Origin: the human T2T-CHM13v2.0 reference genome, Homo sapiens
Assembly (NCBI RefSeq): GCF_009914755.1
Contig: NC_060928.1
Length of the DNA: 64,000 nucleotides
Direction: 5' to 3' (one strand)
Shown here: positions 1 to 12,430 of the stretch, one piece after another
Layout of the letters: each line of letters opens with the position of its first letter
How positions within the stretch are numbered: position 1 is the first letter of the stretch
Position numbers and translations under genes: made by a program
The notes under the pieces: generated by a model
What the model was told of the DNA's origin: nothing
Database searches by the model: none
What the model saw: the letters and a program-made list of their open reading frames with translations, nothing else

Positions 1-294
1 CTCTCAATCTGGAACACAGGGCCCCTCTCAGATGTCACTAGTAGAGTCTAGGCAAGTCTCTGCTGCCACCAGCTTTACAGTCAGATCCCCAGCGCCACCC
101 CTCAGTTGCAGGAGGTGTTCTCCCCACAGTGCCCTGACTTACAAGAGTGTTTGCCCCCAGAGCCTAATGATCAGAAACATAGCACTTTTGTTTAAGATGG
201 TTAATGAACCAGTCAGTGATTAACCCAATTCCAGACATACCAATAACCCAGTATGAATAACAAAATTCCAAAAAGGAGCCTCCTACAGCCATAC

Positions 295-367
295 CTGCGG
301 TCCAGTCTCCAGGCATGGTTAGGCAGCACCCGGCAGTGCACTCTGTCTGTCCGTATCCTTCATAAAA
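295..367 (-). CDS. ACSL1: ACSL1 exon 15 (73 nt) FYEGYGQTECTAGCCLTMPGDWTA(G), contains the adenylate-forming YGxTE motif
   Basis: ccccag|TTTTAT...GCAG|gtatgg. Confidence 0.97.
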
Positions 368-934
368 CTGGGGCACCAAGAGATGCAACATTATTAAGGA
401 GAGCACAATCACACCTTTACTGGAAGTGCACAAGCAATGAAGTCTCACTAACTCCCAAGTCATGGCTGACTGGTGAAATCTCATTTCAAATGGTCTGTTC
501 AGTAAGTTCATTCAATGGTCCAGTGTGCTTTACGCCAACACCAGCCGTCACCCAGGTACACCTTCTATTTAACTTCCAGTGGCCAAGCGAGGGAGAACCC
601 CTATGTGACTGGTCACCACCCAGCAGCAGTGAACTCCCTTGGCCAATTCACAGGACATGTACCCCACACATGCCCCGTCTGCCACCAAATCCTCCTTTCT
701 CCCTTTACTACAGGTTGTCAGCATGGTGTGCGGGTAGGCTCATCACCTGTGACCCATTCCACAGCTGCATACCTGCTTCTAAAGGTTGTCTTGCACCTGA
801 TCCTAGAGAAAATTCAACAAATGGCAGACACACACATTCCCCTGCCTAGGGTAAAAAATATACATATGGTTGCTTCTCCAAGCAACCTAATAATAACATA
901 TCTTCCAAACAAACATAACACACACACACAAAGT

Positions 935-1232
935 AGGGGATGGGAAGGATAGGGGTGATGTTGGTGAAAGGACACAAAGTCTCCATCAGGAGGAACTGGT
1001 TCAAGAGCTCCATAGCACCACGTGGTGACTAGAGCTAACAACAATGTATCATATACTTGAAAACTGCCCAGAGGGTAGATTCCAAGTGTTCTCACCACGT
1101 GGGAAAAAAAAGTATGGGTGGTAAGACACATGTTAATTAGCTTGATTTAGCCATTCCACAATGTTTACATATTACATACATCAAAACATCATGTTGTTAC
1201 GCCATAAATATAGATACGCTTGTCAATTAAGA
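935..1232 (+). mobile_element. L1MA-type LINE 3' end fragment
   Basis: atgttaattagcttgatttagccattccacaatg...ccataaatata...gtcaattaa resembles the L1MA 3' terminus; subfamily approximate. Confidence 0.7.
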
Positions 1233-1332
1233 AAGAACACACACACACACACACAGTACAGATGACTTTTGGTGCAGAAGAGGACTGGGCATCCTAGTGT
1301 GGGAGAATCAGGCGCCGTGACATCCACCTCAC

Positions 1333-1428
1333 CTGACAGCCCAGGGCTGCTCTGAGGAACGTCAGCACAGTGGCAGACACCGGGGCGGCTCCTGTCACCA
1401 TCAGCCGGACTCTTCCGCCCAGGCTCGA
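1333..1428 (-). CDS. ACSL1: ACSL1 exon 14 (96 nt) SSLGGRVRLMVTGAAPVSATVLTFLRAALGCQ
   Basis: ctgaaag|TCGAGC...TGTCAG|gtgagg. Confidence 0.97.
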
Positions 1429-2063
1429 CTTTCAGGGAGGGAGAGTGGGAGAAGGTGAGGGTTACACACCTGGAAGTCGGCGGCCTCTCCGCCAAGGGGG
1501 CCTGCTTGGGACCCCGTTCCTTAACCCATAGCTGCAGACCACACGGAGGCCACACGGAGAACTCACAGCCCTCATGATGGCAGCACAGGGCTACGGTTTG
1601 TTTCCACCCGTGACTGCCCTGTTCCCTCCCAATGGGGATGGAAGTCAGCCCCACCTCTGCAGAAGCTATTTCAGGGAATTAGAACACAACTGGGCAGATC
1701 TGTGGCAACTACCACAATTCTGGCCTTCTGGGGGGCATGATATTGTTACACGTTATCACTCATGCTTGAAAAATTACCTCAAGAGTGACACGCTTGTTCC
1801 GGAAAAACGCAACAAAATGGAGAATGAGAAAGGCTCCACTACCCTGACTCCTTTTCCCCCTAGATGGCTGCAATACTATTGATCTTAGAAACTGAGGCCT
1901 CCTTAATGGCTTTGCCTTAGTTTTTAAATGTGTGCCAGAATTAACAAAAACATGTTATTCTCTCCCTTACCTTCCTCTCTCCCTCTCACAAAAAAGGCCC
2001 TCCCAGAACTCTGAAAAGCGAAGTCGGTTTCCATGGGAGCAGTGGCTGTGAGTCACGTGTTAC

Positions 2064-2198
2064 CTGTACTTTGTGGAAGATCAGCCGGTCCCACAGGCTG
2101 TTGTTTCTGATGATGCCGCTGCGAAGCTCTGCTTCTTTCCTCTTGGAGGCGAAGTCCAAGAGCCATCGCTTCAGCGTGGTGTTTGCTTGTCCGAAAAT
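2064..2198 (-). CDS. ACSL1: ACSL1 exon 13 (135 nt) IFGQANTTLKRWLLDFASKRKEAELRSGIIRNNSLWDRLIFHKVQ
   Basis: cattag|ATTTTC...GTACAG|gtaaca. Confidence 0.97.
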
Positions 2199-2289
2199 CT
2201 AATGAGGCAAGACATGAGAAAGTTTTCACACCTACTAGGATGGCCAGAGTCAAAGAGTGTGGAGAAATCAGAACCCTCACACACAGCTG

Positions 2290-3120
<831 letters not shown>

Positions 3121-3758
3121 GAACCATTAAAAACATAAGAACGTTCTGAGAGATAACAAAAGTCCTGCCTCAAAATAAAGAGTAAGTGAACACTCTTTCT
3201 GGAGATTGCTCATGCCCCTCGCGCCTGGCCCTGGCTGTGCGGTCCACGCAATGATACCCACCGCAGAGGGGCTGGTGTTCTCTTGGGCTCTGCTGTGGCT
3301 TAGTCACTTCTTTCAGTGTGGCCAATTAAGTAATGTTTTACATGTCCATGCAAGGAGCTTTACAATGAAGAAAACCATTTCATAGTTACTATTCTTACGT
3401 GATCCCATTAGCAACTTTTGGAGACAAACAGTAGGAGAGAAGAGGTAAACAGTCCGTGTTACACATGAGGAAGCAGAGGCTCAAAGTGTTTATTGTAAAA
3501 ATAAAATGACCTCCCACATTATGCTTGTGTTGTGACCATGGTTTACAAAGTGTGTTCATGCATTTTCTCTTATAATCCTTATCAGCCACTCTGAGAGGTA
3601 AACGCATTCTAACTTTACAGATGAGTAAACTGAAGTTCTGTAAGATTGGGAGGATTGTCCAGGGTCATACAGATGGCACATGGCACAGCCCAATTCAAGC
3701 CCAAGCCCCTGCGTCCAAGTCAGTGCTCAGTCCTGGGACTTCGCTGCTTGGAACTTAC

Positions 3759-3893
3759 TCGGTCAAACATCCGGTTCAGCAGTCTTGGAACCACGGGGAA
3801 GACAGTGGGTTGAAGCACCTTGAGGTCATCCATGAGCAGCCTGATATCTCCTTGGAAAAATCCGATTTTAGCTCCATGACACAGCATTACACA
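3759..3893 (-). CDS. ACSL1: ACSL1 exon 12 (135 nt) CVMLCHGAKIGFFQGDIRLLMDDLKVLQPTVFPVVPRLLNRMFDR
   Basis: cctatag|TGTGTA...GACCGA|gtaagt. Confidence 0.97.
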
Positions 3894-4230
3894 CTATAGG
3901 GGTAATGGAAAAAACAAACATTTTATCACCACAGCAGGGGTTACACAACATATGGACAACATCCAACATTTCAGTTTTAGCATTTCAGGCCAGTTTCCAG
4001 AAATCTTAAATTTCCTAAATATAGGTAACTTAAAAAAAATGTGCATTTACTAGTCATTGTACAACATGGAAATGTGGTATTTCTCTTGGTTATCCTGAAG
4101 ATATGGGACTCAGTAAAAAACCAGGCTATGTTGTTTTTAGTGATGACCACAGAGGTTCTACTCTTTTAGTGCGGTGGTAAGTATCTGTTCAATGAATGAC
4201 ATGGTATTACATATTCTAAATATTTTTAGT

Positions 4231-4510
4231 GGCTGGGCGCGGTGGCTTACACCTATAATCCCAGCACTTTGGGAGGCCGAGGCAGGTGGATCACTTGAGG
4301 TCAGGAGTTCCAGTCGAGCCTGGCCACGTTACGGTGAAACCCCATCTCTACTAAAACAAAAATTAGCCGGGCTTGGTGGCGGGTGCCCATAGTCCCAGCG
4401 ACTCAGGAGGCTGAGGCTGGAGAATCGCTTGAACCCAGGAGGCGGAGATTGCAGTGGGCTGAGATTGTGCCACTGCTCTCCAGCCTGGGCCACGGAGGGA
4501 GACTCTGTCT

Positions 4511-4513
<3 letters not shown>
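4231..4513 (+). mobile_element. Alu (S-like)
   Basis: ggctgggcgcggtggct...gactctgtctcaaa. Confidence 0.93.

Positions 4514-4546
<33 letters not shown>
4514..4546. repeat. (TA)n microsatellite replacing the Alu tail
   Basis: Uninterrupted TA run. Confidence 0.95.
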
Positions 4547-4547
<1 letters not shown>

Positions 4548-5705
4548 CCTTCCAGAAACTTTACATTTAATTTATTCTCAAAATAAAAACTTAACTTCTT
4601 GCCTAGAGTCCAAGTTTGTTAAAGTCTCACTTTCTTTTGTTTGAATCTAACTAGAAGTTTCTGAAAGGCCACCAAGTATGATGAATTTGTGACACCAGGG
4701 TATCTAATACCAGAGTGGCTTGCCATTCAGCTAGAATACACTGCATGATTTTTTTCCTGTCTAGTACAAACCATGCTGGCAAGCCATATGGACCTGACAG
4801 TTTGCCTATTTTAAAATTTAAAAAGAAAAGATTCAAAAGATGACACAAGGGAAGTACAAATGTTCTCTGTCTTAGAAGCAGAAACCACGAGAAAGGTACA
4901 CCATGGTTCACTGTTTAACAATTACAGCTCAGAAAGCTTTTGTTCAGCGTGGCCTGCCTTCTAGGCACACCTCTAAAACTCGTTAGGTACAGCAACTCAT
5001 GTGAGATTGCTTTATAAACCCAGAAGACTCTGAGGTGTGCAGGAAGTAGAAGGAACAGATGGCAGATGGGATCTAATCGCCTTCGATCCTTTGGGATGAG
5101 CAAATCCGACAGGGCAGCTGTCATCCAAAGCATCGGCTGATAGTCACCTCTGTCTCCAACACAGCAGAGGGCACACAGCTAGAGCTCAGTAACTACTCAC
5201 TAAATGAATGAATGGTGCTCATTGTTTTTTCCTACAGCATAAAATCCAAAATTGTCAAAGAAGGAAAAAAGGTGGTTCTTGGTCAGTTTTAAAATTAGTC
5301 ACACAGTTGATTACAGGGAGCCTAGGCAAAGGTCAACTCAAGGATCATCCTCTTTCTCCAAGGGCACTTAGAATATTGCTGAAAAAATTAGTCGCAAGCC
5401 AACTTGTGCATTAGGAACAAGCACAATCAAAAATAGAGACTTCTCACAGAACGGAAGCCTCGCTGGGCTTTGTAGAACTGAATTAATAATGACTTTACCT
5501 TTATAGTTGGTTTTTCTGGACTCATGTCCACATTAGTATCCTTCAAAAGTCTGAACTCCTAATTTTAAAATGAGTGATTAAATTCCAGTATCCTGTTCAT
5601 ACTCAGAAAAAGAATTTATATTCTTTCAAATAATCTGCACCATTTCTAAAACGGGGCTGAGCAGAGAATTCTCTATAGGGATGACAGTCCGCACGCCACA
5701 CTTAC

Positions 5706-5783
5706 CTTCAATAACTGTTCATAAATGTGAGCAAGTGGTAAATATGAAATGTGTGTGTCACTGGCACTCAAGGGAAGTGCTTT
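5706..5783 (-). CDS. ACSL1: ACSL1 alternative exon 11B, Y-gate (78 nt) KALPLSASDTHISYLPLAHIYEQLLK
   Basis: tttacag|AAAGCA...TTGAAG|gtaagt; same length and phase as exon 11A, and shares D-T-x-I-S-[FY]-L-P-L-A-H-x-[FY]-E. Confidence 0.93.
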
Positions 5784-5849
5784 CTGTAAAACACAACAAC
5801 TTAGCAGAACATACACAAACAAGCAAGGAAAACAAAATTAAATGCCTAC

Positions 5850-5927
5850 CTCTACAACTCTCTCAAACATATGGGCGAGAGGCAAGAAAGATATCAAAGT
5901 ATCATCTGGGCAAGGATTGACTGTATT
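5850..5927 (-). CDS. ACSL1: ACSL1 exon 11A, F-gate (78 nt) NTVNPCPDDTLISFLPLAHMFERVVE
   Basis: cttacag|AATACA...GTAGAG|gtaggc; matches the canonical protein. Confidence 0.97.
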
Positions 5928-5972
5928 CTGTAAGCAAAGACACCAGCAAGGCAGAAAAGCATTAAGACTCCC

Positions 5973-6179
5973 AGTGAAGGGGAACATCGCACACCAGGGA
6001 CGGTTGTGGGGTAGGGGGAGGGGGGAGGGATAGCATTAGGAGATATACCTAATGCTAAATGACAAGTTTATGGGTGCAGCACACCAGCATGGCACATGTA
6101 CACATATGTAACACACCTGCACGTTGTGCACATGCACCCTAAAACTTAAAGTATAATAATAATAAAATTAAAAAAAAAA
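5973..6179 (+). mobile_element. Young 5'-truncated L1PA (L1PA2/3-like) 3' end, antisense to ACSL1
   Basis: gggggagggatagcattaggagatatacctaatgctaaatgac...aaaacttaaagtataataataa plus A-tail; TSD aagactcc on both sides. Confidence 0.92.
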
Positions 6180-6252
6180 GACTCCGAGTAAACTTCCATT
6201 TTATTTCTGAGCACATAGTACCTCAACACTGAGGAGAAACGGCTTTTGCTTA

Positions 6253-6584
<332 letters not shown>

Positions 6585-7937
6585 GCAATACTTTAATTAT
6601 TCAAACAAAGTGGAAGTCACTCCCCATGACAAAGTAAATCCACTTCAGGGCTTTAATCAAAACAAGGAAAATTTTGCTCAAATTGGAAGGTTAAGGGATT
6701 ATATGCTCTAATCAGTTAGTATTTCATCACTACAGTATCCTAGTACCCAGCAAGTTCAATTTTACCTTAAGAAATACAGGACCCATTTCAACATAAAATT
6801 GCATTTTATGTTGTTAAGGGAAAGGAGGAAAGAAGATAAAAGAAGGTGGATTTCCAAGGTCCTTAGAGTATTTTGAGTTTGATCAATATTTTTAATACCT
6901 TAAAGCCCTACTTTACATATCACAATTTGTTTAATGCAACCTCAGATCTGGCACCCAGGAATTTGCTCTCCTATAAAATGCTGATCATGATGGGTCCACA
7001 GACAGATTAAGTTTGGACATCTGGTTTCCCTCAGAATGGGCCTTACTTAGGGCAGGCACAGTGAGGGTTTGTATAGAATATTCATGTTATTAACATAAAG
7101 AATTCTGGCCAAAACAGGGGGTGTGCAAGAGCAGCTGCTGTCATACCAACTAAGAAATGAGGGCATTGTCGTTACCTAGGGGATGATATACCAAGTTCTG
7201 AGCCATGCCCCTTCCTTTCCTAAAGCTGGGTCACCCTTAATAATAATGTGACAATGGATGAAAGCATCAATCCTGAGCAAACACAGCAGCCCCAGAAGCA
7301 CTGGATGTGGGCTGAGCATGCTATAATCTCAGCTGGATTTTATTCAAGTCTGACAGGCATCCCAAGTAGTACTTCTCAGGATGAAATTGTTATATTAATA
7401 TAATGAGAAATCGGACTCCATTCTATCTATACTTTTCAACTTTCTGACTCAGAACAAAAATATTGTCCATTATCATGATTAGACATCTTACAAAGCTGAG
7501 AAGATACTGATATTGTAATTGATTTGATATTGTAACTGACTTTAAACAAAGTTCTGTAATCATTTGCCTCAATGAGCCACCAATGCATTTTAAGTTTTGT
7601 TTGAAGGCCAATTAGGAAATTAAAATTTCACTTTGGTAAGGTACTAAATGTTGAACTCTGTTTAGAAAGTATACATCTTTAAAAAGGGCATTTGGAAAGT
7701 GTGAGCCAAGTAAAGTAAGTGGCAAGATCCCTCAAAGATCAGTTTTCTGCAGCCACCAAACATGTCCATTCCCCAAAGCCATTAAGCTCAGGCTCCTGCT
7801 ACAAAAATCAGAGCTACAGAATACTTCCAAAGAGACTGCAAAAGCCAATTATGTTAAATGTAAAAAAGAGTATAAGGAAAAGGCATATGGTTCAATAAGC
7901 ACCTTTTTAAAAGGCAAGTTTGGAATAGGCTGTTGGT

Positions 7938-8012
7938 GTTATGGACTGAATCACATCACCCCCTTCTAAATTCGTATGTCAACATCCTAACTCCCAATGT
8001 AGATGGGGCCCT
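7938..8012 (+). mobile_element. MLT1 (MaLR) LTR 5' fragment
   Basis: tgttatggactgaat...aaattcgtatgtcaacatcctaactcccaatgt resembles the MLT1 LTR start. Confidence 0.55.
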
Positions 8013-8531
8013 GCTGTGACTGGATAGACTAAGACACTGGATAGTAAACTTTAAAAGCATGGGAAATTAGCTGAAGTGCAAGGCTTTACTACTTCTAGTG
8101 CAATGGAAGTCACACTGACCACAACAGATAATAATCATTCAAAAACTTTTAACATATCATTGCCAATTTAAAATAAATTATTTCCCAAATACAGGGACGC
8201 TGGATAAAAACACAAGAGAGTCCATCTCTTCTCTGTCCTTTCTTGGACATGTTTCTAGGGCAATATCCAAATAGAGTTTCTCTATATAAATGTTGCAGTG
8301 AACTTCATCTGTCAATTCACCTTAATTATCATAAGGCAAGGGTTGGCGATTAGGTTCAAAGTGAAAAAAGAGAGAAGGTGGACTTGGGCCTAAAGTTCTG
8401 ACCTTACCCATATGTCACATCGTTTCTAAATGCCACATGGACCTAACACACTGGTGCCCACCTTCAGCACTTTCATTCTCAAGGACTAATGTCAATCAAT
8501 GAGGAAAGATGACGACATCCCAAAAAGTTAC

Positions 8532-8605
8532 CTCTGTTGCTTTCACAAAAGCTGAACAATCGCTCACTATGTTTCGGTGAGTGACCATTGCTCCTTTGGG
8601 GTTGC
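8532..8605 (-). CDS. ACSL1: ACSL1 exon 10 (74 nt) (G)NPKGAMVTHRNIVSDCSAFVKATE
   Basis: cacag|GCAACC...ACAGAG|gtaact. Confidence 0.97.
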
Positions 8606-9113
8606 CTGTGGAGCACATATGAAGCAGAACAAAGTTAAAGAATGACAGAAATGAAGGAGGCCCAGAAACCTCACATAATTAGGGCTTCAGACACCTCTAC
8701 TGTTAGATATATCGTGAAAACCAAATGTTGAACACTAAATTCCTAAGCAACCTGCAATCCTTACACTGACTTATCTTTAAAAACCTTTATTAATATGGGC
8801 ACATTTTAAAGGGTATATACGTAGTCATAAGAGAAGAAAAACCAGAAATTTTCTTCCTGGGAGCCACCGATATAGTCTGTCCTAGGAAGACAGGTGAATC
8901 TAATATCACCCTCAATAAATGTTTGAGGAATTATCCGGCACTCTTGGACTCTGAGAAGATCTTACAGAGCAACAAGAAGACAGCACTTGAACCGCTTCCT
9001 TCTCTTCTGCTTTTGGTCCGTCTACTGTTAGCTGATAAGTCATCCAAAAGAGGTAGGGGAGAGTCCAGACCAATGGCTGCCATATGTAGAAGCAATTCTA
9101 TCTCAAAACTCAC

Positions 9114-9165
9114 CTGTAGTTCCACTTGTGAAACAAATTACTGCAAGATCTTCAGGTGCTGGAGG
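9114..9165 (-). CDS. ACSL1: ACSL1 exon 9 (52 nt) PPAPEDLAVICFTSGTT(G), AMP-binding P-loop
   Basis: ctttag|CCTCCA...ACTACAG|gtgagt. Confidence 0.97.
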
Positions 9166-9293
9166 CTAAAGATTAAAAAAAAAAAAAGCTGGTATAAATC
9201 AGAACAGAAAAGAGAACTATAAGCCACAAGGTACCAGGCTAGATATTGAAAACTACAAAGAGGACAGAGCAGGGTCTGACACGGTGTGCTTAC

Positions 9294-9326
9294 CTTGGGC
9301 TTCCGTCTGTTGGCTCTTCCCAGGTC
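9294..9326 (-). CDS. ACSL1: ACSL1 exon 8 (33 nt) DLGRANRRKPK
   Basis: taattaag|GACCTG...CCCAAG|gtaagc. Confidence 0.96.
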
Positions 9327-10598
9327 CTTAATTAGAAGAGAAAAAAAGTCTTAAATGGAAACGTTTTCTAACTGTAAAGGATAAGGTCACATCGAGTCAC
9401 TTAAAGCTGGCTTTACTGTGGGGTTCATTCACACCTGGCTCGAAAACAGCATAATTTTCTAATTAAAGAAACTATGGCAGTTTTAATTAACCAGAACCAA
9501 AATATTTATTCATTGTTCTGAGAAGCCATTTTCCAGTTACCTCTTCTCTTACATAAAACTACATAAACGGTATTAGGACTGGTCTTTGAAATAGGATGTA
9601 TTAAAAAAACAGCAGCCAAAGTCTTTACCATGCATTTCTGGTCCCCACTTCCACTTCTTATTAGGGCCTTTAATAAAGCCCTGTTCTTAACCATAACGAG
9701 ATACTGCAGATACTCCGTAGGTTCCTCAAATCAGAGCACAGCACTACCTCACCCCCACATTCTGCACAACTGACATCTGCAATCTGGGAAGAAGAAAAAT
9801 CAATCTCTGCTCGATTGAAATGCTAGGCATTTTGGAGAGGCTCAAATATCTGCTCAAATATCTCCCCTCGTAGAGTGGAGATAGGATTTGGGAGCCCCCA
9901 ATTATAAAACAGGCCACAGCAGACCCTCTAAGACTCCTTCCTGAATGGACTTGAAGGTTAAGAATGACAGAAGCATTGCGCGGGGACAGCATTTCCCAGC
10001 GGCAGGCTTCCAGTCACTACCACTGATGGGGTTCGGTTTACTGCATTAGGGCAGTCTTGGTGGCCACTTTAATATCTATTAATTTTAACAAATGAACTAT
10101 TTATATTCTTTTCCTATTCAAATGGAACAGCTTGAATGAGGATATGGAATGAACATGCCATTGAACACGCCATTGAACATGTTCAATTCACGTGGAAATT
10201 AGATGGGTGTGCTCAGGGCTTAGTGAGTTTCTGCCCAGCATAAAGTTTTCAATCTTAATTACATTTTAAATGATGTAGTGACAGACCACCGATTAAGAAC
10301 AGGAACTAATATATCCAATTAGAGGTCAGCCAAAAGCTAAAGCAATAATTCTGTACATTTTTTTCAAAATAACCTTTATTAGCTCCAGATTTCTATTTGT
10401 CTATTAAAAATTCTTACATAACTTCTGGAGATGCCCAATTCTTCAAAAACTGATGTTAAATAAAATAAAGCACCAGTTACATACAATTTGGCTCTTAATT
10501 TATTGGGAACAAACATTATCCAAATTAGTGCACTGTTGCCACAAAAGTTTCACAGCCTTACATCTCTCTTACAGTATCACTTAGGAAAAATACTGCAA

Positions 10599-10664
10599 TT
10601 ATTATTATTTTTTGAGATGGAGTCTCGCTCTGTCACCCAGGCTGCAGTGCAGTGGGGCGATCTC
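10599..10664 (-). mobile_element. Alu 3' fragment
   Basis: tttttgagatggagtctcgctctgtcacccaggctg...gcgatctc. Confidence 0.85.
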
Positions 10665-11930
10665 TTCACCTTTTGCTCAGAATATTTTTAAAAACTAAGT
10701 ACAGATCATATTAAACAGGTAAGTGTAAAACAATGTCTTCTATAAATTAATATTTTAATATAAACTTTATATTATAATCTTCAATCAACTAAATAATTTT
10801 TAAATTTCAACATTACTTCTTTATCATACAGCAGTCAAAAAACACCAGAAAAATTCTTGCATCTGTGGGAAGGTAAGGGAAAAAGAGATTACATTATAGT
10901 AAAAGAGGGTTAAAAGTAAAAAAACAGAAGTGGGGAAACACTAGGTAAGAAGCTATAAAACCCCAATTCAACAAGGAAGCACCCGGGTCAGCACTTGCGG
11001 AATCACGTTCGATGCTACTGAGAGAGAGAGTTGGGCAGGGGCGCACACATGCACAAGAGAGAAGGTTCTGTTAGAACACCCGCGCTTCCCTGTGCCTACT
11101 GGGTTCCTCAGGAAAGGTTCTACAGATCCTTACTTATAGCCTCAAATTCTTTGTAGGAGGAGGAAAACTACACATAAAAATTTAAAATCCTATCTATAAC
11201 AGTTTCAGAAAAATATTTCTAACACCTTCAGAAAGAGAAGGACTGACTCTGTTTTCCTATGACTTGTTATGATATGTATATGAAAAGATCTTCCTCCGGC
11301 CATGTTCCTTGGATGGAACTCTAATCCAAGTCCAACTGACGGGGATCAACTTCTTATATCATCTGACATCAAGCACCCAAGCTGAGCATGGACCACCACG
11401 CTCATTCTCCTGGAATGGCTGCCTTTAAACTTGTGATTGGTATGACTCTTAAGAGTCAATATGAAAACAAACCAAATCAAACATGCATGTTGGAAATTCA
11501 CCAAGACTCTCCACGAGCCATCCAGGGAAAAGAACGATGAGGCTGATTTCTATACTTGGCTTGGCATTAGAGACAAATTAGTAAGTAAAAGGCATTAAAG
11601 CCCAAAGGAGACACAGAAACTGAAAGTTCCACCTGCCTGAAGCTGTAATTCCCATTTCTGGCATTTCCGGGCACAGCTTGTCAGTGCTCTGGAATAAATA
11701 TTGGAGTGCTGAAAGCACTTGGGTAAGGTGTGATGTGTTAACACTGGGCACACATGTAGAATCCTTTTTCCAGCAATGAGACAGAAGTTTCTGCTCTCTT
11801 TCATGGGTTGCGGAGGCAACCGGCCAGCGCTGGGACTGCACCATAGCACTAGATAGCACTGGATAGCACGTGTGAGCCAACACGGCCCCAGGGAAAGCCT
11901 TCAGAGAAGGGAAGGAGGCAGGGCACTCAC

Positions 11931-12109
11931 CTCCATCGCCTTCATGCTGGTGACTTCCACCCCACACCTCTGGCCTCGTTCCACCAGTTCACTGCCGTAG
12001 GCATCCATGACAACTATGATTTTAAGGCCTGGTATTAACTTATTTTCTACACCCTCTAATAAGAGTTTGGCCTTCTCTGGCTTGTCAACAAAAACCAGAG
12101 AGAGTTCAG
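11931..12109 (-). CDS. ACSL1: ACSL1 exon 7 (179 nt) (A)ELSLVFVDKPEKAKLLLEG...VTSMKAME
   Basis: ttacag|CTGAAC...ATGGAG|gtgagt. Confidence 0.97.
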
Positions 12110-12330
12110 CTGTAAATGAAGAGATACAATGAAGAATAAGCTCTGGGATGTTAAAAGATTCACTCTGTCATATCCAGCACAAGGATACTTGAAGTACTAC
12201 ATTCTTTGAATAAAAAGGTAGATATATATTTACATGTAAAATCTTTGTCAAATCAAATGTAAGCAAATGTAAAGTCACTGAACCTAACCAATAACTATGC
12301 CAATAATCCAGGCAAAGATCACAGACGTAC

Positions 12331-12430
12331 CTTTGTTGACTATGTACGTGATGGCTTCATTTCCAAGGGTATCATAAAGTGGAACGATCACCATCGAATA
12401 AGCAAAGCATCCTTGTTCAATAATCACCCA
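12331..12430 (-). CDS. ACSL1: ACSL1 exon 6 (100 nt) WVIIEQGCFAYSMVIVPLYDTLGNEAITYIVNK(A)
   Basis: gtttag|TGGGTG...AACAAAG|gtacgt. Confidence 0.97.

Noticed and set aside
164-849. 115-aa and 198-aa ORFs near the left edge
   Set aside because: The first is exon 15 read through into flanking introns; the second is an antisense ORF without recognisable homology
7675-7746. Possible decayed third gate exon (cag|AAAACT...LPL...LAHTFQ...)
   Set aside because: LPL and LAH are in different frames, there is an early stop, poor polypyrimidine tract, weak donor and wrong length; not distinguishable from chance without a multi-species alignment
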